Shown in pieces: positions 18,358 through 27,398 of a stretch of DNA of 64,000 nt. The stretch comes from Archaeoglobaceae archaeon. GTDB lineage: Archaea > Halobacteriota > Archaeoglobi > Archaeoglobales > Archaeoglobaceae. The DNA lies in contig JANXEF010000001.1 of NCBI GenBank assembly GCA_025057895.1, positions 118,755-182,754 on the forward strand, read 5' to 3'. The position numbers and the translations under genes are program-made. The notes beneath the pieces were generated by a model. It was not told the origin of the DNA, did not search any database, and saw nothing but the letters and a program-made list of their open reading frames with translations. The number at the start of each line of letters is the position of its first letter. The first letter of the stretch is position 1.

Positions 18358-19135
18358 CCGTTGAGAGCAATATCAGAGTTCCACCCAAAATTTGCTTTTC
18401 GTTGAGAACCTCACCAAAGTATATATATCCAACGATGACTGCAAACATAGGTTCAACTAGAGCGATTAGTGGAGCTTTCTGCAATTTCACGTGTTTCATT
18501 CCATAAGCAAAGAGCATGAATGGAATTGCAGTCGGGATCAGACCAAGTCCAACTGCCCAAAAAAGTGAAAATTCTACACTTTTTAGCAAAAAATATGGAA
18601 GAAGAATAGAAGAACCCAAAAAGACGTTGAAAAAACTTATCTGGAACGCACTATGAAATTCTCTTGCTTTTTTTGAAAGAGTAAAGACAAGTGAATAAGT
18701 TATTCCTGAAACAACTCCAAAGATTATCCCAAGATTTGGTTCAACATACGGGGAGAGCATGAGGTAAAGACCTATGAAACCAAGCGGTAAAGCTATCATC
18801 GTCGTTCTTTCAATTTTTTCACCACTTATATAAGCTATTATGGTTACATATATAGGAGCCATGTAGAGCAAAAGAGCTGAGATTCCAACTTCGATCTGCT
18901 GAATTGCAGAAATATAGGAAAAGATCGTTATAAGATTTAAAAGAGCAAGCATAAACAATATCTTACTGAAAGCAAATTTCTCCTTTCTTAAAAATGCGAA
19001 GATGAATAAAAAAAGAGTGGCAAAGAAGAGACGGAGAAAGGTTACAGCTAGAGCATCTTCACCAGTATTTCTAACAAAGATGGAGACACTACTCATCAAA
19101 ATAGCAGAGAAAAAAATCGCTAATTCTCCGCGCAT
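18335..19135 (-). CDS. EamA/DMT-family transporter
   Basis: 266 aa with a roughly 10-TM hydrophobic profile and duplicated EamA halves. Confidence 0.6.
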   Translation of the reverse strand: MRGELAIFFSAILMSSVSIFVRNTGEDALAVTFLRLFFATLFLFIFAFLRKEKFAFSKILFMLALLNLITIFSYISAIQQIEVGISALLLYMAPIYVTIIAYISGEKIERTTMIALPLGFIGLYLMLSPYVEPNLGIIFGVVSGITYSLVFTLSKKAREFHSAFQISFFNVFLGSSILLPYFLLKSVEFSLFWAVGLGLIPTAIPFMLFAYGMKHVKLQKAPLIALVEPMFAVIVGYIYFGEVLNEKQILGGTLILLSTAMSLHKD

Positions 19136-20428
19136 TCAGGTATCTGGCAGTTTACTACTTAGAAACTCTTCATAGGCCTTGAGATCAAAGTAACCATGTC
19201 CGCTGAGATTAAAGAGGATAACTTTCTCTTCGTTTGTCTTTTTCGCTTCAAGTGCTTTGTCTATCACAATCCTGATAGCATGAGCACTCTCGGGTGCAGG
19301 GAGAATACCCTCAGATCTTGCAAATAAAACTCCAGCTTCGAAAACTGGTCTCTGACTAACTGCAATAGGCTTTATTATTCCATGTTTCACGAGCAGACAA
19401 AGTGAGGGAGCATCACCATGATAGCGAAGACCCCCAGCGTGAATTGGTGGAGGAATGAAGTCGTGCCCAAGAGTATACATTAAAAGCAATGGTGTAAGCC
19501 CAGCAGTGTCGCCAAAATCGTAGCGATATTCTCCTGCTGTTAAGGTTGGACAGGCTTTCGGCTCTACTGCTATCAATTCTATTTCACCCTTCATAGCATC
19601 TTTGACAAAGGGGTAGCTGAAACCTGCAAAGTTGCTCCCTCCTCCAACACAACCTATCATTATATCAGGTTTCAAATCGAGGAGTTCGAGTTGCTTTTTA
19701 ACTTCCAGTCCAATTATCGTTTGATGTAATAGAACATGGTTTAAAACACTTCCAAGACTATACTTTGTATTTTCACTCTTTACAGCAGTTTCAACTGCTT
19801 CACTAATCGCAATTCCAAGGCTTCCCGGACAATTAGGATCTTTTTCAAGAATTTTTCTACCACTCTCAGTGAGTTTACTTGGGGAAGGGATTACCTCTGC
19901 ATTCCAAGTTTCCATTAGGATTCTACGATATGGTTTTTGTTCATAGCTCGCTCTCACCATATAGACCCTACATTTAAGATCGAAGAGGTTCGTAGCAAAA
20001 GCTAAAGCAGATCCCCATTGACCTGCACCTGTCTCTGTAGTGAGCATTTCAACTCCTTCTTTCATATTGTAGTAAGCCTGAGCAATGGCTGTGTTTGGTT
20101 TATGGCTTCCAGGTGGACTAACACCTTCATATTTATAGTAGATCTTAGCAGGAGTTCTCAAAGTTCTCTCAAGCCTTTCAGCCCTTATAAATGGTGTTGG
20201 ACGATAGATTCGATAGACTTCGAGAATTTCTTCAGGTATACTTATCCACCTCTCCTCACTCATTTCCTGTGCGATTAGTGCTTTAGGAAAAACAGCTTCG
20301 AGTTCCTGGGGTTTTATTGGTTCCATCGTAGCAGGATTGAGGGGTGGAGCAAGTTTTTCTGGTAGATCGGGTATCACGTTATACCAGCGCTTTGGTAAAT
20401 ACTCGACATCTAGAAAGTATTTGCTCAT
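19136..20428 (-). CDS. TrpB2-type tryptophan synthase beta-like PLP enzyme
   Basis: 430 aa. The PLP-lysine motif is GSHKPNTA and a C-terminal GGGSN-type loop ([10 protein letters not shown]) is present. The N-terminal extension is typical of TrpB2. Confidence 0.7.
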   Translation of the reverse strand: MSKYFLDVEYLPKRWYNVIPDLPEKLAPPLNPATMEPIKPQELEAVFPKALIAQEMSEERWISIPEEILEVYRIYRPTPFIRAERLERTLRTPAKIYYKYEGVSPPGSHKPNTAIAQAYYNMKEGVEMLTTETGAGQWGSALAFATNLFDLKCRVYMVRASYEQKPYRRILMETWNAEVIPSPSKLTESGRKILEKDPNCPGSLGIAISEAVETAVKSENTKYSLGSVLNHVLLHQTIIGLEVKKQLELLDLKPDIMIGCVGGGSNFAGFSYPFVKDAMKGEIELIAVEPKACPTLTAGEYRYDFGDTAGLTPLLLMYTLGHDFIPPPIHAGGLRYHGDAPSLCLLVKHGIIKPIAVSQRPVFEAGVLFARSEGILPAPESAHAIRIVIDKALEAKKTNEEKVILFNLSGHGYFDLKAYEEFLSSKLPDT

Positions 20429-20606
20429 GTATAAAGAGACTTAACTTGTTATATAAGTTTTTTCTTTTTAAACATGCTTATTTTCCACATCAGAAAAAAA
20501 CCGCGAAACTTTAATATTTACTAGGATTATTTATATATGATGGGCAATGCTAGAGACTCGTGCATTGAAAAATCTGTAAAATTTGTGAGAAGGGGGGGGT
20601 GAGAAC

Positions 20607-20981
20607 TTGAAAAAGTTTTCTGAAGTCATTTATAGCCCAGAAGTTGAAGACAAGCTTGTAATCTCAAAAAGAGAGAACCATACACCAAGAATTGAGGCTC
20701 CAAAAGAGGTGAAATCTGGAGAAGCTTTTCCAGTCAAAGTCTACATCCAAGGACATCCAAACACAGTTCAGCATTCTTTCAGATGGATAGAACTATATTT
20801 CTATGAAATGGGAAGGGATTTCAATCCAATTTTCATTGCAAGAGCTGAACTAACACCAGAGATTTCTGAACAAGAAGCAACTTTTAGAGTAAAACTGAAT
20901 AAGAGTGGAATTATCTACGCTTTCGCCTATTGCAACCTTCATGGTGTTTGGGAAAACAGGACCGAGATAAAAGTCATATAA
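20607..20981 (+). CDS. Superoxide reductase (neelaredoxin/desulfoferrodoxin 1Fe-SOR domain); TTG start
   Basis: 124 aa with His/Cys iron ligands (ENHTPRIE, QGHPNTVQHSF, CNLHGVW). An 8-G tract forms the RBS just upstream. Confidence 0.65.
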   Translation: MKKFSEVIYSPEVEDKLVISKRENHTPRIEAPKEVKSGEAFPVKVYIQGHPNTVQHSFRWIELYFYEMGRDFNPIFIARAELTPEISEQEATFRVKLNKSGIIYAFAYCNLHGVWENRTEIKVI

Positions 20982-21102
20982 TTTTATCATTTTCCGTTTT
21001 TTTAACATTTCACTTCAGATTCTATATCTTTTGTAGAGAGAAAACTCCCCTATCTAAAGATTTATGCCGAAGAAGTTAAATTCGCTGTTGTATAATTAAC
21101 CT

Positions 21103-22671
21103 GTGGAAAAACTTGAGAAACTCGTCGAAAGAGGAGAAGGAGAAAACGTTGAGTTTAAGGAGTATTTGACTCTACACCACCTTAAAGAGAGTAGGTTCAG
21201 ACAACTCGCCTGCCAAATGAATCACCGAGTAATAATGGGAAAGGGAAAAGCTTATTATGTCATTGGAGTATCAGACTCTGGAGTTGTAAAGGGACTAGAT
21301 GAGAAAAGATTCTCTGAAACTTTAGAAATTCTAAAAAGAATTTCAAAAGAGATAGAAGCAGAAATCACGAGTGTTGAGAAGTACATCGTTAATGATGGCT
21401 TTGTTGGTATCGTAGAGATATCTAAGATGAACGCAAAAGAACATATACTAATAGGTACAGCTGGACATGTAGATCACGGTAAATCAACATTGGTTGGTTG
21501 CCTCATAACAGGTATGCCTGATGATGGTGATGGGGCAACGAGAATTTTTCTCGACATATTGAAACATGAGATAGAGCGTGGTTTAAGTGCAGAACTGAGT
21601 TTTGCAGTTTTAGGATTCAAGGATGGAAAGATCTTAAGGCTTAAAAATCCGATGAGTAAAGAAGAAAAAGCTAGAATTGTTGAGAAATCTGAAAAAATTG
21701 TTAGTTTTGTCGACACAGTGGGTCATGAGCCTTGGTTAAGAACTACTATCCGTGGTCTACTTGGTCAAAAGATCGACTATGGACTTCTAGTTGTAGCTGC
21801 AAACGATGGAGTAATGAGAACGACAAGAGAACACCTTGGAATTTTACTCGCAATGGAACTCCCAGTTATAGTTGCTATTACAAAGATAGACATGGTAGGA
21901 GGAGAAAGGGTGAATGAAGTGATCTCCCAGCTTTCAAATTTGCTTAAATCAGTTGGAAGGATCCCAATTTTTCTAAAAGATCGAAAAGAAGTAGTAAAAA
22001 TTTCAAGAATGATTTTAGAGAATAGATTTATCGTTCCTGTGATCAAAACTTCAGCTATAACGCTTGATGGTTATGAAATCCTTGAAGAACTTTTATACAA
22101 TCTTCCGAAAAGATACAGCGGAGAGAAAGAGTTTCTCATGTATATAGACAAGATTTACAGAGTTACAGGAGTTGGAATTGTTGTTAGTGGTAGTGTCAAG
22201 TCTGGGGAGCTGAGAGAAGGGGAAGATCTATACATTGGCCCATTCGACGATGGTAGTTTTAAAGTCGTAAAAGCTATGAGTATAGAAATGCACCATTACA
22301 GAATAAGCAAAACAAAGTGTGGAGACATTGTTGGAATAGCACTCAAGGGTGTTAAATACGAGGAGATAAGAAGAGGAATGGTTTTAAGCAAGAATTTACC
22401 AAGAGCAGTTAGTGAGTTCGATGCGGAAGTTTATGTATTCACACATCCAACTTTGATAAAACCCGGATATGAACCAGTCTTACATGTGGAAACGATTGCG
22501 GAGACTGTAACTTTTAAGGAAATAGGAAGAGGTTATCTGAAAGCTGGTGATAAAGATCGCGTAAGAATTAGGTTTAAGTATCATCCTCAATGCGTCCTTG
22601 AGGGACAGAAGTTCATATTTCGTGAGAGTAGGAGCAAGGGTATGGGGGAGATTATTCGAATTATTGAATAG
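21103..22671 (+). CDS. GTPBP1-family translational GTPase (EF1A paralog, COG5258)
   Basis: G1 is GTAGHVDHGKSTL, G3 is DTVGHE and G4 is TKID. There is a roughly 110-aa N-terminal extension, and beta-barrel domains II/III follow. Confidence 0.7.
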   Translation: MEKLEKLVERGEGENVEFKEYLTLHHLKESRFRQLACQMNHRVIMGKGKAYYVIGVSDSGVVKGLDEKRFSETLEILKRISKEIEAEITSVEKYIVNDGFVGIVEISKMNAKEHILIGTAGHVDHGKSTLVGCLITGMPDDGDGATRIFLDILKHEIERGLSAELSFAVLGFKDGKILRLKNPMSKEEKARIVEKSEKIVSFVDTVGHEPWLRTTIRGLLGQKIDYGLLVVAANDGVMRTTREHLGILLAMELPVIVAITKIDMVGGERVNEVISQLSNLLKSVGRIPIFLKDRKEVVKISRMILENRFIVPVIKTSAITLDGYEILEELLYNLPKRYSGEKEFLMYIDKIYRVTGVGIVVSGSVKSGELREGEDLYIGPFDDGSFKVVKAMSIEMHHYRISKTKCGDIVGIALKGVKYEEIRRGMVLSKNLPRAVSEFDAEVYVFTHPTLIKPGYEPVLHVETIAETVTFKEIGRGYLKAGDKDRVRIRFKYHPQCVLEGQKFIFRESRSKGMGEIIRIIE

Positions 22672-22706
22672 AGATATGTTTTTATAATTAAAGAGTTCCT
22701 AACTCT

Positions 22707-23123
22707 ATGGAAGAAGGGATAACAAGAATTGGTGTAAGCCTTCCAAAAAACTTACTGGAAGAGTTCGATGCGATAATAAAAGTTAGAGGTTATTCTTCGA
22801 GAAGTGAAGCGATAAGAGATGCTATTAGAGGCTATATTTCAGAATACAAATGGCTTGAAAGTGAAAAAGGAGAAGTAATTGGTGTTCTAGTAATTCTCTA
22901 TGACCACACGATAAAAGGAGTTAGTGACGCTTTGATTTCAATCCAGCACTCCTTTTCGGACATAATATCTTCCGACATGCATCTCCATCTAAGAGAGGAT
23001 CAGTGTCTCGAAGTTATAGTTGTAAAAGGAAACATGGAAGAAATAAAGAACCTCGTAGACAAAATTTCCGCAACTAGAGGTGTTTTGAGCCATAAGATGA
23101 TTACAGCACAGAAAAAGATTTAA
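22707..23123 (+). CDS. nikR: Nickel-responsive regulator NikR
   Basis: N-terminal ribbon-helix-helix ([38 protein letters not shown]). The C-terminal ACT-like metal-binding domain carries His/Cys (HLH...C). Confidence 0.65.
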   Translation: MEEGITRIGVSLPKNLLEEFDAIIKVRGYSSRSEAIRDAIRGYISEYKWLESEKGEVIGVLVILYDHTIKGVSDALISIQHSFSDIISSDMHLHLREDQCLEVIVVKGNMEEIKNLVDKISATRGVLSHKMITAQKKI

Positions 23124-24112
23124 TTAACAAAAAAATCGACAACGACGTGGACAACTCCTGGGGCATAATTTTTAACCTTGCGAAAATTTATAATTTTGCA
23201 CTTTTTCCCCATTTCTCCACAGATTTTTTCTACTCTTAAAATTGGACGCCATATAATCTTCTCTGGAACAGATTCGTGGTAGTGGATAACACCACACCTT
23301 TCGAGTGCCCTTATTGCAATCGATAGAAAGTCCATACAAAAGATGTGTCCCATGATCACACGATCAGCAATACCCTCTGGAGTTACAAACATGGAATCTC
23401 CAAGTATGGGTACAACATTATTAACATCGTTTAACCTCAAGTTTTCTAGAAGATACTCGTATGCATCAGGACTCACTTCTATAGCATAGACTTTCTCTGC
23501 TTTTTTTGCGACTGGAATGGAGAAATAACCTATCCCAGCGAACATGTCTACAACTACTTCACCTTCACATTCTTTAGTAATTCTTTGCCTTTCATACTGG
23601 TTTCCCAAACTGAACATAACTTTGTTCACATCGAGTTTGAAAGCGCAACCATTTTCTATATGAATCGTTTCACTCCCTTTTCCAGCGAGAAGTTCTAGTT
23701 TTGGTTTTCTGATCATACTCTCCTTTTTAATCTCTCTCCAAACTGACTTAATCCTTGGATTCAGTTTTAGAATTGTTTCACCGATCTCTCTTCCATAAAC
23801 TGCAATTTTTTCGTCAAATTTTACTATCGCTATATCTCCGATTACTTTATAGCTTCGAGGAGCAAACTTCAACTCATCTTTAGGAATAAATTCAGATATT
23901 GTTGCTAAAAAATCTTTTTTTGAACTCCAGAGTGGTTTAAGTTGTTCGATAATTTCGTAACCCTTAAAGAATTCTTCATAGCCATCAAGTATAGGGATTT
24001 CGACAAAGTTACCATCGATCCTTATCAACCTTCTTATATCCTTAGCTCCAATTCTATCTACAGTTTTACGAACGGATTCTGCTTCTTCCTTTCTAACTCT
24101 AACAGCTTTCAT
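23120..24112 (-). CDS. trm5: tRNA (guanine37-N1)-methyltransferase Trm5 family (Trm5b/Taw22-like)
   Basis: 330 aa with a Met-10+ like domain and a SAM motif [14 protein letters not shown]. Confidence 0.65.
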   Translation of the reverse strand: MKAVRVRKEEAESVRKTVDRIGAKDIRRLIRIDGNFVEIPILDGYEEFFKGYEIIEQLKPLWSSKKDFLATISEFIPKDELKFAPRSYKVIGDIAIVKFDEKIAVYGREIGETILKLNPRIKSVWREIKKESMIRKPKLELLAGKGSETIHIENGCAFKLDVNKVMFSLGNQYERQRITKECEGEVVVDMFAGIGYFSIPVAKKAEKVYAIEVSPDAYEYLLENLRLNDVNNVVPILGDSMFVTPEGIADRVIMGHIFCMDFLSIAIRALERCGVIHYHESVPEKIIWRPILRVEKICGEMGKKCKIINFRKVKNYAPGVVHVVVDFFVN

Positions 24113-25071
24113 ATATCTCTTGGAAAAGCGTAAGTTTTCTGACTGAACTCGAATATAAAAACTTCTTTACCAATCTCAGCCCCACAAGGGCGTATAACAT
24201 GGAAAATTCTACCTTCAGAATCCATTATTTCGGCAATATGCTCATCGAGATTGGTGATCACTCCCCATCTCATCGAATTCTTCCTCGTGATCAAGTTAGA
24301 TTTAGCAATGTTTACACTTTTGCCTGTGAGTATATCGATCCCCTTTTGGAGTCTAGCATTTTTAACAACGCATATCTTTTCATCCTTTAAAACTACATCG
24401 TACTCTTCTACTTCTGGGAGTTTGATGAGAAAAGTGAACCTATAAGCATCTCTTCCATCGATTCTAGTATGCAACTTTTTACTCCTAAAAATATTTCCAC
24501 CAAGTTCATTTGCAATTCTACGTGAAACTTTTTCTCCTATCTTCTGACTGCCAAAGTAAAAATCTATACCAAAAACATTTTCTTCAACTTTTAGAAGAAA
24601 CTCTTTTTCTCCAGTTCCTTCTTCAAGAACTTTTTCTACAATTTCTTCTATTTTTTTAATCTCCTCTTTTCTTAAACTTCTTCCATGTGCTCTTACTTGA
24701 ACTATTGCTTCATAATATCCTCCGCTTTCCATTGAACATCTTGGACAAGAAATGCGACGAATTTTAAGTGATAAAGGAAGTGTAATACTGATTTCATCTC
24801 CATAAATCTCCCCAAAAATTATTAAAGAATTGCCTGAAATCTCAAAACCTTTAACTACGAAATCTTTAAAAAATTGTAAATCTTTAGAGATTTTCTTTTC
24901 AGTTGCCTCTTCTAAATCAATCCTAATCCAATCTTTTCCAAATTTAACATTGCTACATCTACTGCAAACCTCGATTTCAATATTTGGTATGCTAACAAGG
25001 ATATTTTTTTCGGCAAAACACTTTCCACATATTCTGTATTCGCTCTCTCTTCCACAGACTATGCACTTCAC
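24109..25071 (-). CDS. NMD3-family ribosomal export adaptor homolog
   Basis: The N-terminal double CxxC zinc knuckles are MKCIVCGRESEYRICGKCF...CSRCSN...CPRCS. Length and architecture match archaeal NMD3. Confidence 0.6.
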   Translation of the reverse strand: MKCIVCGRESEYRICGKCFAEKNILVSIPNIEIEVCSRCSNVKFGKDWIRIDLEEATEKKISKDLQFFKDFVVKGFEISGNSLIIFGEIYGDEISITLPLSLKIRRISCPRCSMESGGYYEAIVQVRAHGRSLRKEEIKKIEEIVEKVLEEGTGEKEFLLKVEENVFGIDFYFGSQKIGEKVSRRIANELGGNIFRSKKLHTRIDGRDAYRFTFLIKLPEVEEYDVVLKDEKICVVKNARLQKGIDILTGKSVNIAKSNLITRKNSMRWGVITNLDEHIAEIMDSEGRIFHVIRPCGAEIGKEVFIFEFSQKTYAFPRDI

Positions 25072-25304
25072 GAATTAAATATAGGAGGCTATTGTTGATA
25101 AAGGCTACTTTATAAGGAATTAGATAAATAAAAAAATAATTTTTTCTTTCTCTTTAATTTTAATATTTTTGAAATTTCCAAATATTCAAACCATAGAAAG
25201 AGCACCTAAAACTTAAAATCCTCTTATATTTGTTCTTTTCTGGAAAATGACTCTTTTAGTGATTTGGAGAAAAGTATTTATTCTTAAAAAAGAATATATT
25301 TTCC

Positions 25305-25775
25305 ATGCCCTTAACTCCGATGGAGATCTACAAGTTGCTACCAAAGACAAATTGTAAGAGATGCGGCGAACAAACTTGCATGAGTTTTGCTTTCAAACTC
25401 CTCAACAGGGATAAAAAAATTGATGACTGTAAACCTCTTTTTGAAGAGAAAAAATATGAAGTTCAGCTAAAAAAATTGCAAGAACTGTTAAAACCACTTG
25501 AAAAAGCAACTGAGACTGGTTTAATCGTTAACAGTGAGAGATGCAATGGCTGTGGTAATTGTGTAGTTGTCTGCCCAGTTCACGTAGAAAGAGATCCAAG
25601 AGGGGCTGGTATAGGAAAAGGTCCTCTCATTAGAGATCCGATCTACAGAATAGAGAATGGAAAACTTGTAGTATTGAACGTACACGCATGCAGGAGATAT
25701 GGGAAAAATCGCATTCTCTGTATTGTTTGTAGAGAAAATTGCCCAACAGATGCTATAAGCTTTCTAGAGGGATGA
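25305..25775 (+). CDS. 2x[4Fe-4S] ferredoxin-domain protein (FwdG-like) with an extra N-terminal Cys cluster
   Basis: The ferredoxin motifs are CNGCGNCVVVCP and CIVCRENCP. The N-terminus carries CKRCGEQTC. The ATGA overlap couples it to the downstream FwdB-like gene. Confidence 0.5.
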   Translation: MPLTPMEIYKLLPKTNCKRCGEQTCMSFAFKLLNRDKKIDDCKPLFEEKKYEVQLKKLQELLKPLEKATETGLIVNSERCNGCGNCVVVCPVHVERDPRGAGIGKGPLIRDPIYRIENGKLVVLNVHACRRYGKNRILCIVCRENCPTDAISFLEG

Positions 25776-26968
25776 CTATGATCTGTACAGGTTGTTCTTG
25801 TCTTTGTGATGATATAGAATTTGAGAATGGAAAAATACTGAACGCCTGCGAAAAAGGTTTCAGACACATCTCGGGCTACAAAGAAAGAAGAGCTAAAAAC
25901 ATCGTAAATGGAAAAGAAGTAGACGTTGATACTGCAATAGATAAAGCTTTAGAGATTTTGAAATCGACGAAAAAAGCTGTTATTTATGGACTCGACACCT
26001 CAACCGTCGAAGCTCAAAGAATTGCGATCAAAATTTCTGAAAAGTTGAATTGCTACATTGACGACAATTCCTCTTTTTGCCTTGGAGAATTCGTGGAGGC
26101 AATTTTGAAAAAGGAAGTCCCAACTTCCACACTCGAAGAGGTTCGTGATAAAGCTTATGTGATCCTCTACTGGGGAACAAATCCTTATCACAGCTTACCA
26201 AGACATATGTCGAAGTTTACATATTATCCAAGAGGTTCAAAGAGGAATAGGGGTTACGATGAGGATCGTTTCTTGGTAGTAATAGATGTTAGAAAATCTG
26301 AAGTAGCGAAGCTTGCAAAAAAGAACGCTAGATTCATAAAAGTCGAAAACGATATCGAACTGATTGAATCCTTTTTGAAAGCTATTGAAGGAAAAGCTTC
26401 TAAATACGATGTTGCTGGAATTTTAAGGGAGATGAAAAGAGCAGATTTCAACGTGATTTTTGGGGGACTTGGCTTGAAATATGGGTTAAAGGGTAACTAT
26501 TCATATTTATATAATCTTATTAAAAAAATTAATGAATTTACGCCTCTCTTTTTCATTCCTGCTGGTTTCCATTCAAACATGCGTGGATTTAATGAAACAC
26601 TTTTTGAGGAGGTTAGAGCTATAAACAAATTCAGTTTTCTAGAAAAAAAGAGTTCTCCATCTTTTGCATTTTCAGAACTTGTAAAAAATGAAAATGTAGA
26701 TGTAGCAATGATCGTAGGCACAGATCCGCTTTCATCTCTCCCATATGAAGTATCTAGAAAGTTATTAGATATGAAGAAGATAGTAATAGATCCCAGAGAA
26801 ACAATCACAGCGAAAATAGCAGAAGTTTCAATTTGTTCAGCTTTTTCTGGTATCGAGACTGAAGGAGAGATGGTGAGGAGCGATGGTATAAGAGTAAAGC
26901 TTTCTCCAATAGATAAATCTGAAATAGATGATGTTTATATATTTAAAAAAATTTTGGAGGGATTGTGA
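25772..26968 (+). CDS. Formylmethanofuran dehydrogenase subunit B-like molybdopterin/tungstopterin oxidoreductase
   Basis: 398 aa from the ATG at 25772. The N-terminal Cys motif MICTGCSCLCDD and the size and layout fit FwdB/FmdB. The gene is flanked by FwdG-like and FwdD-like ORFs. Confidence 0.55.
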   Translation: MTMICTGCSCLCDDIEFENGKILNACEKGFRHISGYKERRAKNIVNGKEVDVDTAIDKALEILKSTKKAVIYGLDTSTVEAQRIAIKISEKLNCYIDDNSSFCLGEFVEAILKKEVPTSTLEEVRDKAYVILYWGTNPYHSLPRHMSKFTYYPRGSKRNRGYDEDRFLVVIDVRKSEVAKLAKKNARFIKVENDIELIESFLKAIEGKASKYDVAGILREMKRADFNVIFGGLGLKYGLKGNYSYLYNLIKKINEFTPLFFIPAGFHSNMRGFNETLFEEVRAINKFSFLEKKSSPSFAFSELVKNENVDVAMIVGTDPLSSLPYEVSRKLLDMKKIVIDPRETITAKIAEVSICSAFSGIETEGEMVRSDGIRVKLSPIDKSEIDDVYIFKKILEGL

Positions 26969-27315
26969 TGATGCGTTTGACAAAACTTATGAAATTTGAA
27001 GCTTTCATCGTAGTTGCAAGAATATCATGGGAACAAAAAAAGGCTATAATATACCTAAACCCGGAATTTGCAAAAAAGAATGGGATAAGAGAAGGAGACG
27101 TCGTTTCCGTGATAAAAGGCGAGAGAAAAGCGAATTTTAGAGTAAAGTTTCTTGACACTGCTCCAGAGAATGGAGGCATGATCCCAAATTCAATATACAC
27201 AAGCTATTTGCTCGATTTTAATACTTTCAAAAATTTCAGAGCATATATAGAAATCGTTGAAGAAGAAGAGAGCAAACCAGAGGAGATAGTTGACATCATC
27301 ATGAATAAGAAGTAA
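26965..27315 (+). CDS. Formylmethanofuran dehydrogenase subunit D-like (molybdopterin dinucleotide-binding beta-barrel domain)
   Basis: 116 aa and overlapping the FwdB-like stop. The composition and length are FwdD-like. Confidence 0.5.
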   Translation: MMMRLTKLMKFEAFIVVARISWEQKKAIIYLNPEFAKKNGIREGDVVSVIKGERKANFRVKFLDTAPENGGMIPNSIYTSYLLDFNTFKNFRAYIEIVEEEESKPEEIVDIIMNKK

Positions 27316-27398
27316 CTCAAAGCTTGAAAAATAAAATGAGAAGATCATAAACGTTTTGTGATATAAAAAGATTTTTTTATTCATGCTAAATAACTTTT

